A stretch of 64,000 nucleotides of DNA. Origin: Octopus vulgaris (taxonomy: Eukaryota). A model generated the notes under the pieces. The model saw nothing but the letters and a program-made list of their open reading frames with translations. It had not been told where the DNA came from and made no database searches. Both the position numbers and the translations under genes were made by a program. Position 1 is the stretch's first letter. Every line of letters begins with the position of its first letter. The stretch covers positions 5,394,001 to 5,458,000 of the forward strand of contig OX597815.1 in NCBI GenBank assembly GCA_951406725.2, in the 5' to 3' direction. Of this stretch, positions 1 to 15,318 are shown one piece after another.

Positions 1-1339
<1,339 letters not shown>

Positions 1340-1341
<2 letters not shown>

Positions 1342-1580
1342 CGTAGGAGTGGCTGTGTGGTAAGTAGTTTGTTTACCAACCCCATGTTTCCGGGTTCAGT
1401 CCCACTGCGTGGCACCTTGGGGGCAAGTGTCTTTTACTATAGCCTCGGGTCGACGAAAGCCTTGTGAGTGGATTTGGTAGACGGAAACTGAAAGAAGACC
1501 GTCGTATATACACGTGTCTGTATATGTTTGTGTGTCTGTGTTTGTCCCCCCACCCCCACAACATCGCTTGACAACCGATG
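1340..1580 (+). mobile_element. tRNA-derived CORE-type SINE (family A), 3' truncated
   Basis: A-box-like TGGCTGTGTGG, B-box-like GGTTCAGTCC, CORE-like GGCACCTTGGG..CAAGT; many copies in the window. Confidence 0.85.
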
Positions 1581-1846
1581 TCACACCACTAAACCCGTTG
1601 TCACACCACTAAACACGTTGTCACACTCAAACTCGGCCTGTGACGCACTCATAAAGAGACGCAACTCGGAGCAAACTAACAAAGCAATAGCTTTATAAAC
1701 ATCCCATTGACAAGAGTCATTAAACTCGAAACATCGATGTCCGGCGTTCCTGATAGATGGCGGTACTGAACAAACCGGGTGTTTTCACCCCTTTTTCCCG
1801 TAAGAAAGATATCACAAACGTAATTTAACTAAACTCGGTTTTGTAT

Positions 1847-1875
1847 ATATCATCATCATCATCATCACCACCATC

Positions 1876-1907
<32 letters not shown>

Positions 1908-1914
1908 CATCATC

Positions 1915-1967
<53 letters not shown>

Positions 1968-2006
1968 CACCATCATCATCATCACCATCATCATCATCAC
2001 CATCAC

Positions 2007-2044
<38 letters not shown>

Positions 2045-2099
2045 CCACCACCATCATCATCATCATCATCATCATCATCACCACCACCATCACCACCAC

Positions 2100-2149
<50 letters not shown>

Positions 2150-2154
2150 CCACC

Positions 2155-2207
<53 letters not shown>

Positions 2208-2298
2208 ATAACGTCCGTTTGCCATGCAGGCCAGCTGAAGAACTACGCCGGCTCCGTGTCTGTTTTGGCATGGTTTCTACTGGTAGCTGACCTTCCAA
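1847..2298 (-). repeat. (CAT/CAC)n microsatellite (1847-2206) adjoining a short degenerate retroposon 3' end
   Basis: About 360 bp trinucleotide tract. Reading the adjacent unique segment as a retroposon tail is an inference. Confidence 0.7.
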
Positions 2299-2353
2299 GC
2301 ACGTGCACCCACATATATGTGCGCGTGTGTATGTATATATATATATGAAGAAG

Positions 2354-2638
2354 AAAAAGTTTTGAATGGTACAACAATGCCCTATAATACAGAAATGGAC
2401 TTATATACCCGTTGTAATGTAGTCATCCGTAAGTCTGATAATATTTCGGAATAAAATTCCTTTTTCAGATATTCTTAGATGGAGTCGCTGCTATAATCGG
2501 TTTTCCAGCAGTTTTTAGAGTATCTGAAGAAGGAATTTTATTCCAAAATATCATCAAACTATGGATGACTAAATTACAACAGGTATTTTAGTCCATTGTC
2601 TGTATTATAGTGCATTGTTGTACCATTGAACACTTTTT
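2354..2638. repeat. Inverted repeat (arms about 120 bp) with hammerhead-like cores; probable Penelope-like terminal-repeat remnant
   Basis: 2354-2476 is the approximate reverse complement of 2516-2638; CTGAAGA-a-GGAA-tttta-TTCC at 2524-2544. Confidence 0.65.
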
Positions 2639-2701
2639 ATTCTTTACAAGCAATACACAATGCTTCAAGCGAACTACAATACTCTCTCATAAATATATAT
2701 A

Positions 2702-2761
<60 letters not shown>

Positions 2762-3134
2762 CACACACAACATGGCTATCTATGTATCATTCTCAACGTA
2801 AATACAGTACATATTTGAAAGGGAAATTTGTTGAGCCATAACTTCTCTCATGGGCGTGATCTTTTTAAAAACGCAATATATACACTGGTGTCTCATATTC
2901 TCGGTAGCCGCTGCTAAGATTCTTTCTTAAACTCCTGGGTTTTTTAAAGACATTGCGTATATAAAAGCTGTCATGTCTAGAAGATTACTGCAGGAAATTT
3001 TCATTTCAAGAGTTGTCACTAAGTTTTTTTTTTTGTTTTTTTTTACCAGTGTTTATTCATTTCCATATTTAGTCTTCTTGGTCGAAACCATTTGTATATT
3101 CTCTGCTTAGAGGAAACGGCGAGATTGGTTAGAC

Positions 3135-3212
3135 CAGCGCTGCTGAAAGTGATGGTCCGTGGACCGGTGCCGGTTCGCGAACCATCAGCTGCCGGTACGC
3201 GTCGAGTTTCCA
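3135..3212 (+). mobile_element. hAT-like non-autonomous DNA transposon terminus
   Basis: CAGCGCTGCTGAAAGTGATGGTCCGTGGACCGG resembles Charlie/MER5-type ends; second end not found. Confidence 0.4.
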
Positions 3213-3257
3213 GAAAAAAAAAGAAACATTATAAAATGCTTATTTAATATTGTGTTA

Positions 3258-3795
3258 TTTAAATCCTTAAATCCTTAAAAATGTTTTAGCCCGAAGGCCG
3301 CGACCATGCTAGGGCACCACCGCTCAATGAGCTACACTAGTATGTGAATCCACCTCTGATACGTGGCACTTGATCAACAAGGGAGTTCGATGCCGCTGCC
3401 CGCATCTATGTTTCCTGCCGAGAGGTAGGTTCATCTGGAACCCCTGACAAGAAGAGATCCAGTTTAGTTTTAAAGAAACCCACATCCACACCATGTAAGT
3501 CTCTCAGGCATTTAGGGAGGATGTTAAAGAGCTGTGATCCTCTGAAACCCAAACTGTTGCAGTATCTGGTCCTGTGTTTTGATGGTGATGTTGGGATCTT
3601 TGGCACCATGCAGTGGCGCCCCGTTCTGCTGTTGGGGTAACTTTGAATGCCAAAGTTTGGGACAAGACTCTCCAGGATTTTCCAGATGTATATCACTGCA
3701 ATTTGCCTTCGCTCCAGGGAGATGAGTTTTAATACTTTCAGTCTTTCCCAGTAGCTGATATGTTGCATTGAGACGTTCTTCTTTGTGTAGCTTTG
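3258..3795 (-). mobile_element. CR1-group LINE 3' fragment (RT C-terminus, 3' stem-loop, repeat tail)
   Basis: SYWERLKVLKLISLERR...YIWKIL...LFNILPKCLR...FKTKLDLFLSGVPDEP, followed by a tail ending in (TTAAGGAT)2. Confidence 0.85.
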
Positions 3796-4314
3796 TTTAC
3801 AAAATAAATATAAGATATAAACAATTATCAATTTTTGCTATATTCGTTATTTAAATTGTTCCTGGTTTAAATTAATATTAGTAAGAAATATTACCGGACC
3901 ATGGCATATTGGGAAAAAAAACTGCTGGTACGCCACATCAGATAGTTTGAGAAGCATTAGCTTAGGAAGCAAAGAACATTTAACTGATTCTAACTGGATA
4001 TACTTATTGTTGATCAAGAAATGATAACACTTCATTCTAAGAAAAATCCTGTGAAATGAGATGAGATTTCCAACGAGATTTTGAAAGTGTTAGAAAAGGA
4101 GGAAAATACAGAGAGAGAGAGGGGGGTGAGAGAGAGAGAGAGACAGACAGAGGGGGGAAAGAAAGACAGGGAGAGAGAAAACTTATGAATTATGAAGATT
4201 TTCGAGTAAATATGCATGAAATAATGTTATTGTTGGTGGAGATGTTGAGATATCGATCTATCGACATGCCGGGGAAAATAATCTACCGTTCATAACTTTT
4301 TTACTGCAGAAGAA

Positions 4315-5320
<1,006 letters not shown>

Positions 5321-5725
5321 GCGTGTATAAATAATAAGTACCTAATTCATCTGAATCTAAAGCACAGCTTGTATGTATGGTCGCTAACGACCATGAATAT
5401 TAAAATAAAAAGTAACTTAGTTTCAAACGACTATGTGAACTCGTACCCCACTGTGTAGACCTCGCGGCAAACAGGGCAAGTTCATAAAATTGATAGCAAA
5501 TCCTTTTGCTTAGAACGGTGATAGTTCAACAAACTAATGGATTTTTGCTTGTGTGTATGTGTATGTGTTTTTTGTGTGTGTGTGTCCTTGTAATTGGTAT
5601 ACTGCAAATGTGTACTAGTGCACTCATAAAAGCTGTTATGTTACTTGGTTCTGGCAAGCGTTTTTTATTTCCAACCTGGCGAGTTAACTGTATGGGACTG
5701 CTATGTATGCGGTACATAACCATGT

Positions 5726-6113
5726 GTGGAGGCTCAATGGCCCAGTGGTTAGGGCAGCGGACTCGCGGTCATAGGATCGCGGTTTCGATTCCCAGACCGG
5801 GCGTTATGAGTGTTTATTGAGCGAAAACACCTAAAAGCTCCACGAGGCTCCGGCAGGGGATGGTGGTGATCCCTGCTGTACTCTTTCACCACAACTTTCT
5901 CTCACTCTTACTTCCTGTTTCTGTTGTACCTGTATTTCAAAGGGCCGGCCTTGTCACTCTCTGTGTCACGCTGAATCTCCTCGAGAACTACGTTAAGGGT
6001 ACACGTGTCTGTGGAGTGCTCAGCCACTTACACGTTAATTTCACGAGCAGGCTGTTCCGTTGATTCGGATCAACCGGAACCCTCGTTGTCGTAACCGACG
6101 GAGTGCTTCCACC
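5726..6113 (+). mobile_element. tRNA-derived SINE (family C), full length with 12-bp TSD
   Basis: A box TGGCCCAGTGG, B-box-like GTTTCGATTCC; TSD ACATAACCATGT at 5714-5725 and 6114-6125. Confidence 0.9.
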
Positions 6114-6139
6114 ACATAACCATGTAGCGAAGGATAAAT

Positions 6140-6961
6140 ATATTAACAGCGGGAAATAGTTTACGGAAGGAGATTTTTTTATAAATATATTTTTTATAAA
6201 TGCGTTGCTACATACGTTTCAGCATGGCATGTATTTTTATGGCACGAGGAATTTATAACCGGAACTGATAATGACCAAAATAAACTTTTACTCCCCATTT
6301 CGTTTATGGCATTTGTCTATTCATTAGAGAAACATGAGGGCGGGGTTCGAGTTAGGGTTAAGTTGCTAAGGGAGTCCTAATCCCCTGGCAACTAAATGCG
6401 TTTCATTCTTAATACACTCTATCTTTTCTTTTTTTTTCTCTTTCTTTCTCTCTTCCATGTGTTCCTCAGTTTTCTTATTCTTCCTGACTTTCTGTCTGCG
6501 CACACTTAACTGAATACAACTCACAGTTTTATCTTCTCCCTTTTCTTTTCTTTCCCCTTTCTCTCCATGTCCACCTGTGTTATGTAAACAACAAGCAAAA
6601 CCATCTTTTTCGAAGTTCTTGGCTTTATCAATAAATCCATCTATTCAGTAGTTTGCAGGAATTCACAAGCACCGCCCATTTATCCAGTAGAACTTTTTTG
6701 ATTGGTGCGCAAGGATTAATATCATGAAGTCTAAACAACAAGGCAATTCTCAGAATATTAGTGCAAAATTGCCTGAAGAAGTAAGCATCTCAAAATAATG
6801 GACCTCCCTAGGGTCAATGGATATTATAAATAATGTTTAATAATATCCTATGGACGTGGTTTGAATTGGTCCATAAAAATACATGTCATGCCGAAACATA
6901 TGTAGCAATACGTGAATAAAAATATAAAATCTCCATTCGTGAGATATTTCTCGTTATTAAT
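6140..6961. mobile_element. MITE-like element with about 100-bp degenerate terminal inverted repeats
   Basis: 6140-6243 is reverse-complementary to 6871-6961 (GTTGCTACATACGTTTCAGCATGGCATGTATTTTTATGG vs CCATAAAAATACATGTCATGCCGAAACATATGTAGCAA). Confidence 0.7.
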
Positions 6962-6970
6962 ATGTATGTA

Positions 6971-7041
<71 letters not shown>

Positions 7042-7369
7042 TCTCTTCTGTTTTTAGTTATCTGAATTCTTCCTCTGAGGTAGGGGTTGGTTTCTTATAA
7101 AGATACAAAACCCCATTGCTTGAATGTAGATAACAAAAGCAATTTCACATTTTAAACTTGAGAGAAGCTTTTCATATTTTTACTGTTCCATTTATAATAG
7201 TGTGTGAGTTAGCTCGTTGATTTCGCTTTCAGAAAACCCTAGCTTATCCACTTAGGCAATATACATATACATATACTCCTAATAATTGGTGTACAAAACA
7301 GTGCACCAATTATTATAGGTATATATGTGAATTTATTACCTAAGAGTATATGTATGTGTATGTATGTTT

Positions 7370-7745
7370 ATATCAAGCTCTTTGAATATTATGATAAATT
7401 CTTTGCTAGTAGCATCCAATGTAGAGTTATTCTTACTTCATACAATAAATAGCCCATCGTTACGATAAAGGCCGAACTCTGTGGAATAGAATCTATATGT
7501 CTAGGATATACAATCCTATTCATTCACAAACGAACCTCGAGCCCACCTTGCAATGGTGACAGCGAACAGTTCTCGACTAATAGGTTTAAACCATGAAAAC
7601 CATACCGTAAAACAGCAACTATTCCTAACCTGCATAGTGATATCAAAGTCTGAATCACTAACTGCAATAAAACCCTGACCAAATTCTAAAACTTTCTTGA
7701 GAGGAGATTTCGAACTGCCTAAATTCACAGAGGCATTTAACATAT
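7370..7745 (-). mobile_element. Degenerate Penelope-like reverse transcriptase fragment
   Basis: Frameshifted translation LEFGQGFIAVSDSDFDITMQVRNS...LFAVTI...VCE*IGLYIL...FGLYRNDGL resembles the PLE RT motifs EVCELVGLYIL and GLYRDDGL. Confidence 0.65.
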
Positions 7746-7746
7746 A

Positions 7747-9006
7747 CTAGCGGGGCCCGTGAATATTTAACGGAAATAATAGTAAACCTATTGGATTATT
7801 CCTGAAAACTTTACCCCCAAGACCTGAAAGCGTAGCCTGTTATTCATTGAAAAGTGAAGGGAATTGGAATACAATGATTACTTAATGCACTTGAAAAACT
7901 TTATGCACTATTTTATAAACTTAATACACAGCACTCATAAAATAAATATTCACTCTAATTTTTTCCATTTTCCCCATCAACAGAAAAAAATTACATTTTA
8001 AGATTTACATGATCACAATTTCATATCTAGAAAACAAAAGTGTTATAGTAAAAAAATAATAATTTCATATGTAAAGTATAGGAGTCGCAGTTTCACGGGG
8101 GCAAAAATGTAATGCAACATGGTATACTCTGAAAACCACATCATTGGTGATGGAAGCACACTGTCGGTTACGACGATGAGGGTTCCGGTTGATCTGAATC
8201 AACGGAACAGCCTGCTCGCGAAATTAACGTGTAAGTGGCTGAGCACTCCACAGACACGTGTACCCTTAACGTAGTTCTCGGGGATATTCAGCGTGACACG
8301 GAGAGTGACAAGGCCGGCTCCTTTGAAATACAGGTACAACAGAAACAGGAAGTAAGAGTGAGAGAAAGTTGTGGTGAAAGAGTACAGCAGGGATCACCAC
8401 CATCCCCTGCTGCAGCCTCCTGGAGCTTTTTTAGGTGTTTTCGCTCAATAAACACTCACAACGCCCGGTCTGGGAATCGAAACCCCGATCCTATGACCGC
8501 GAGTCCGCTGCCCTAACCACTGGGCCATTGCGCCTCCACACCATTGGTAACTTATAAGCCAAGTCGATGGATCAGAGCCAAAATACATTTTAATTTGCGT
8601 ATCCAAAATATTCCTGCGTATCTAATATTCTTCGCTGATTATGTTCTTCGCGTAAGTTTTCCCTCTTCTTTTCCTTTGTTTGTCAGTGTTGATAACTAAC
8701 TTTCACATCAGATAATTTGTGAGCCCTTGAGAATGCAACATATAGCTGACCATGGCCGAAAACAGGTTCAGCCAAGAACAGCCCCACTTTATCTAATGTC
8801 TGCTCTGATGATTTATTGATAGTCATTGTATATGACAGGCGAACGGGAAACTGGTTTCTTTCTAAAGTGAATGGCAAGTTTGGGATGCACATGCGATGAG
8901 TGATAGGTGATGTAAAAAATTTAGTTCAATTAGAAAAACATTACTTTTCCCTATGCACGCACCCTCGCCACCTCCACTTCTTCCACCACCACCACCACCA
9001 CCACCA

Positions 9007-9062
<56 letters not shown>

Positions 9063-9353
9063 TTCTTTAATCTCACCATCAGAACATCACCTCTCTGCTA
9101 AATTATATTCCTAACTCTCCTCTATATCAATACCTTTTACTAACTTTTTTAATCACTTAATAAATATTACGTTCCCCCTACCATATGCCATGGAAGCGTC
9201 TCTCTCCGTCTTTTCTCTCTCTCTCTTTCTTTATCTCTCTTTCTACCTCACCCTTCGCCGTATCCCCTTTTCTCTCTCCCTCCTTTTCTCTGATCACGTG
9301 AAAGCGTAACCGACGGACTAAATAACAAAATGAAAAGCAGAAATATTATTAGA
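7747..9353 (-). mobile_element. Internally deleted Helitron retaining the PIF1-like helicase C-terminus
   Basis: ORF 8683-8892 QFPVRLSYTMTINKSSEQTLDKVGLFLAEPVFGHGQLYVAFSR; 3' hairpin CCGT..ACGG plus CTAG at 7747-7750; candidate 5' TC at 9353; A|T target. The 5' boundary is less certain. Confidence 0.75.
8151..8540 (-). mobile_element. SINE family C, full length, nested in the Helitron
   Basis: Reverse-complement match to 5726-6113; CATTGGT is duplicated on both flanks. Confidence 0.9.
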
Positions 9354-9411
9354 TAATATTGAACAACTCGATGACAGTTAAAGTATTATTCCATAATGGA
9401 AGAAAAGGGAG

Positions 9412-9832
9412 TTATTTATTTCTTTATTGCCCACAGGGGGATAAACATAGAGAGGACAAACAAGGACAGACAAAGGGATTAAGCTGATTACATCGACCCC
9501 ATTGCGTAACTGCTACTTATTTAATCAACACCGAAAGAATGAATGGCAAAGTCGACCTCGGGGAAATTTGAACTCAGAACGTAACGGCAGACGAAATACC
9601 TATTTCTATTTCTTTACTACCCACAAGGGGCTAAACACAAAGAAGACAAACAAGGACAGACAAACGGATTAAGTCGATTACATCGACCCCAGTGCGTAAC
9701 TGGTACTTAATTTATCGACCCCGAAAGGATGAAAGGCAAAGTCGACCTCGGCGGAATTTGAACTTAGATCGTAACGACTGACGAAATACCGCTAGGCATT
9801 TCACCCGGCGTGCTAACGTTTCTGTCAGCTCT
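9412..9832 (-). mobile_element. SINE family B dimer (head-core-tailX-core-tailX)
   Basis: Two cores GAGTTCAAATTCCGCCGAGGTCGACTTTGCCTTTCATCCTTTCGGGGTCGAT on the minus strand, each followed by the ...GCCCCTTGTGGG..AAAGAAA tail. Confidence 0.85.
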
Positions 9833-10028
9833 CAAATATACATCGTGGCGCCACTTTTTTTTCTTTTTATCTGCGCTGATTATTTTTAATGTAATGTATG
9901 GTGCACATAACACTAAGTACCATACTCTATCATTCATTTTTTAGGAGCGTTGTTTTTCTCTTTCTTCTAAATTAATATCACGGTCTGTTACACCTGTTAC
10001 ACCTGTTGATGACATTACATACTAAATA

Positions 10029-10430
10029 AAGGCGGCGAGCTGGCAGAATCGCTAACATTTCGTCCGTCTTTACGTTCTGAATTCAAATTCAGCGGAGGTC
10101 GACTTTGCCTTCCATTCTTTCAGGGTCGACAAATTAAGTACCAGTTGAGTACTGGGGTCAATATAATCGACCAGCGCCCTCCCTCGAAGTTTCATGCCCT
10201 TGTGCCTATAGTAGGATGGATAATACATACTAGAGAAGGACGGTGAATTGGCATAACCACTAGCATGCCGGAAAAATGCTTAGCGGCGTTTCGTCCGTCT
10301 TTACGTTCTTAGTTCAAATTCCGCCGAGATCGACTTTGCCTATTTTCCGGGTCGATAAATTAAGTACCAATTAAACACAATCGACTTACTCTTCCTCTGA
10401 AATTGCCGGCCTTGCGCCAAAATTTGAAAA
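10029..10430 (+). mobile_element. Two SINE family B monomers with tailY variants
   Basis: AAGGCGGCGAGCTGGCAGAA head and core; tails GCCCTTGTGCCTATAGTAG and GGCCTTGCGCCAAAATTTGAAA. Confidence 0.8.
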
Positions 10431-11284
10431 CGATATTACATACTAGAAAGACAGTATAGTTTGGGTGACCATCTGCTTCATGCATATTTTAGGTTCTATC
10501 TGAAGATAGACCTGGGTTTCGGCTTTTAAATTCTGTTAGATTCTTGTGGAGGCGACCCGATAAGTGACCGGGCAAGACATCAACCTGAGTACGACGGCGA
10601 CTACCACCACCACCACCACCACCACCACCATCATCATCATCAAGAGCACCACCGCTACCACTCAGGGTGAAGAATTCAATCGACTACACCTCAGTATCAT
10701 CGAGCTCTGCAAACAAACATCATCCTTTACCGAAATATAATTACCCAATAATTAGTTCTTAAACTTTGTTCGGTTAAGAAATATTCATTTTGCGATTGTT
10801 TATATTCGGCTCTTTATTTTCTTAGCGACTTTATTGCCAACGGAAAACTCTTTAGCTGACACAAAGCGTCTACTTATAACATACACAAGTATTCTTGCAG
10901 ATTTTCAATTCTAGACAGCGTTTATTCATCATTGTTGCTGAAAGAATACAATGTTTAAGGCGCGTGTTGTATACACACGCTGCTATTTACCAAGTGTATT
11001 GACTTGTTTCGCGCCGTGTCAGGTTCCCGCGTATTGTGTCAGCTAAGTATTTGAATGGAGAGGTGAGATCGGAAGCGAGACGGGGTGGTGGTGGTAGCGG
11101 AAATAAAGGCGATGGTGGTGGTTGGTGGTGGTGACACAACGTTAGAAGTGAAGGGTCTTGGGATTTGAGATTCTCATTCATTAACAATTGAGAAAGAAAA
11201 CTAGTTTACTGACACTTTCTGATTGCTCAGTAAGTGTTGAAATTTCTATCTCTCTCCCATTGCGTACATATACATACCTATATG

Positions 11285-11692
<408 letters not shown>

Positions 11693-11821
11693 CACGCATA
11701 TAGCTATGTAAACATGTGTGTATGTGTATGCGCCTGCGTGTGCACGTGTTTAATCAAAGTAGTCAAACATTATTCTTAACGCCATCTTGTCTGCTTCTGT
11801 CTTAATAATTATCTTGATAAT

Positions 11822-12468
11822 AAGGCGGCGAACTGGCAGAAACGTTAGCACGAGGGGCGAAATGCTTAGCGGTATTGCGTCTGCTGCTACGTTCTGAGTT
11901 CAAATTCCGCTGAGGTCTACTTTGCCTTTAATCTTTTCGGGGTCGATAGATTAAGTACCAGTTGCGTACTGGGGTCGATCTAATCGATTAGCCCCCTTCC
12001 CCAAAATTTCGGGCCTTGTGTCGATAGTAGAAAAGATTATTCATAGTAATTATAAGGCGGTGAGCTGGCAGAAACGTTAGCACACCGGGCAAAATGCTTG
12101 GCGGTATTTCGTCAGCCGCTACGTTCTGAATTCAAATTCCGCCGAGGTCGACTTTGCCTTTCATCTTTTCTGTGTCGATTAAATAAGTACCAGTTACGCA
12201 CTGGGGTCGATGTAATCGACTTAATCCATTCGTTTGTCCTTGTTTGTTCCCTCTGTGTTTAGTCCCTTGTGGGTAGTAAAGAAATCGGTATTTCGTCAGC
12301 CGCTACGTTCTGAGTTCAAATTCCGCCGAGGTCGACTTTGCCTTTCATCCTTTCGGGGTCGATAAATTAAGTACCAGTTACGCACTGGGGTCGATATAAT
12401 CGACTTAATCCGTTTGTCTGTCCTTGTTTGTCCCATCTGTGTTTAGCCCCCTGGTGGACAATAAAGGC
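11822..12468 (+). mobile_element. SINE family B monomer (11822-12035) plus dimer (12054-12468)
   Basis: 184-bp unit repeated from GGTATTTCGTC at 12103 and 12287. Confidence 0.9.
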
Positions 12469-12578
12469 ATAAATAATCATGATACTGTTTCTCTATTTAT
12501 TAAAGCCTATATGGATATGGGTATGTGTGCTTTTATATGTGCAAATATGTATACACACATACATACACACGCTCGCAC

Positions 12579-12618
<40 letters not shown>

Positions 12619-12820
12619 ATACACACACACATATGCACACGTACATACATACTTGCATACATACATACATACATACATACGTACATACATACATACATAC
12701 ATATTTGCATACATATGCAAGTGTGCATTACATACATACATGCTTAAATAGATATATATGCAGCTTAACCCGAAAGGATTAAGAGTTCGCTTCGCAACCA
12801 AGTGATCGTGAGCTCGAGAT

Positions 12821-13507
12821 GGTGCCGACAGAGATCAAATAGCGTGCCGACAGAGATCAAAGAGGATTGCCGACAGAGATCAAAGAGGAGTGCCGACGGA
12901 GATCAAAGAGGTTGCAGACAGAGATCAAAGATGAGTGCCGACATATATCAAAGAGGGTATCGACAGAGATCAAAGAGGAGTGCCGACAGTGATCAAAGAG
13001 GAGTGCCGACAGATATCAAAGAGAAGTGCCGACAGAGATCAAAGAGGAGTACCGACAGAGATCAAAGAGGAGTGCCGACAGAGATCAGAGAGGAGTGCCG
13101 ACAGAGATCAAAGAGGATGCCGACAGAGATCAAAGAGGAGTACCGACAGAGATCAAATAGGTTGCCGACAGAGATCAAAGAGGAGTACCGACAGAGATCA
13201 AAGAGGAGTGCCGACAGAGATCAAAGAGGATGCCGACAGAGATCAAAGAGGAGTACCGACAGAGATCAAATAGGTTGCCGACAGAGATCAAAGAGGAGTA
13301 CCGACAGAGATCAAAGAGGAGTGCCGACAGAGATCAAAGAGGAGTGCCGACAGAGATCAAAGAGGATGCCGACAGAGATCAAATAAGGTGCCGACAGAGA
13401 TCAAAGATGGTGCCGACAGAGATCAAAGATGGTGCCGATAGATATTCCAGACATTCCAGGCATTCCTGACATTCCCGACATTCCAGACATTCTTGACATC
13501 CCTGACT
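12821..13507. repeat. 22-23 bp minisatellite (GCCGACAGAGATCAAAGAGGAGT)n followed by a 9-bp (GACATTCCN)n repeat
   Basis: Uninterrupted tandem array at about 12821-13440 with no unique spacers; 9-mer array at 13441-13507. Confidence 0.95.
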
Positions 13508-13796
13508 TCTCAACAACAATACCTTTGTGAGCAGTATCCTCGCAAATAAAGCTTCTCCTTATCTTACAATTTTGCAGCCACTTGTAGCAAATATTCTCCA
13601 AATCTAATTCTCTTCTGTTCCACCAAATCCACCATCTTCCATGCTCCTAATCCAAATACAAAAAAATGTCTCAAACCAACAAAACCATTTACTCTGACGA
13701 TGTCTTTCCATTATCCCCAAACATGGCATCCCAGATTTTGCGTCTGTACTCCTCAATCTTTTCAATTTCTCCTCCTCTGATTTTTGAAAACACCTT

Positions 13797-13996
13797 ACAA
13801 CACACAGTTCTATATTTAAGAGATGAGGAATTATGCACATTATTTACATTATTTACATTTGACGGATATTTGTCATCTTGTTTGCTGTTTAACACAACGC
13901 TTCATCAGGTGTCTTGGGGAAATTTCGAACCTGGGTTCTCATTCCTAAGGTATTTTTCGGTGTTGTTATTATTATTATTATTATTGTTGTTGTTGT

Positions 13997-14055
<59 letters not shown>

Positions 14056-15271
14056 TTATTATTATTGCCATTGCTTTGCACAGCCTCTAACTCTGGAGAT
14101 GTACTATAGCGTCAGCTGTTCACTACCAGTGAACTAAGGTAACACCTCTTATTTTTCAAGCACCTTCCGGAGTATTCGAGCGGTTCCAAGCAGTGCTGTT
14201 TTCTGCAAGTGCTCCACCCTTATTGCAGCCCCTATTTGTTCCACATACTTCTCGAGATTGTTTCTCACTGTTCCCAGGATTCCGACAATTATTGATAGTA
14301 CTACTACCTTTTTTATCTACCACAACTGCTTAACCTCCCTAGCTAACCTGTTATATCTCTCAACTTTTCTTTTTCCCTTATCGCATACCTTGTTGTCAAC
14401 TGAACGTGCTATGTCTATGATCCAGCATCATTTGCTTTCTTTCTCAATTAACACAATGTCTGGCTTCCTATTCTCTATCTCATGGTCGTACTGAATCATA
14501 AAATCCCATAGGATCTTTGCCTTTCTATTTTCGATGATGCCTTCAGGTTTGTGGTCGTACCGATTTTTTGCATAGTGTCCAATGGACAAGCCTGGCCATA
14601 TTGTCGTGGCGTCTCTTATATTCCTTCTGGGCTAGTGACGTACATTGGCTGGTAATATACCATAAGGTTTCACCGTTTTGTCCTCAGATTCTGCACTTAT
14701 CACTCTCTGCTGTTTTCTCTATTCTGTATTTTATGGAGTTTGTTTTTAGTGCTTGCTCTTGGGCAGCACAGTTAGAGCCTCCGTTTCCGGTTTTAAATCA
14801 CTTTGAGTCATCCACAGCCATCTTTTTTCTCTGTCTGTCTTATCTTCAACATCCCTATGAAATTGACCATGCATTCTTTTCTTTATCCACCTATTTTCAG
14901 TTTCATTCGTTTTCAATTTCTTGTATAGTGCTTTATCTTTGCAATCTTTCATCCTACACAAGCCTGACATTCTTACATCTAATAATAACGGTTCTTTGAC
15001 ATTATTTTTACATACCATGCTATGTTGTTTTCTTCTGCTCTAATGCTGTGTTCGCATCCAATAAGTCCCGTTCCTCCTCTTTTTTTTTTTTTTTTGGTAC
15101 ATACAGTCCGTCTGTGTCACTTTTTGGGTGGAGTGACCCATATCTAGTTAGCAACTTCCTTGTCTTTCTGTCTATGCTGTTTAGTTCGTCTTCTGTCCAT
15201 GCGATTACCCCTGCTCCATATCTATGGAGTGAAACCGCCCAGGTGTTGATAGCTTCGATCTTATTCCGCCC

Positions 15272-15318
<47 letters not shown>

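Noticed and set aside
5726-5800. tRNA genes here and at 15359, 21270, 27819, 36360
   Set aside because: tRNA-like heads run into SINE bodies and lack a complete acceptor stem
5726-8540. Large inverted repeat suggesting a composite transposon
   Set aside because: Two independent SINE C insertions, each with its own flanking duplication
8683-8892. Host PIF1 helicase exon
   Set aside because: Motif degraded (KSSEQ for KSQGQ), followed by a stop and Helitron 3' terminus signals
12802-13469. Repetitive ORFs (PTEIKEE, RQRSKR) and a possible CRISPR array
   Set aside because: The 22-23 bp unit cycles through all frames, there are no unique spacers or cas genes, and the context is eukaryotic
13510-13800. 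Coding-like minus-strand segment
   Set aside because: All frames are interrupted or run in from adjacent repeats; no family recognised
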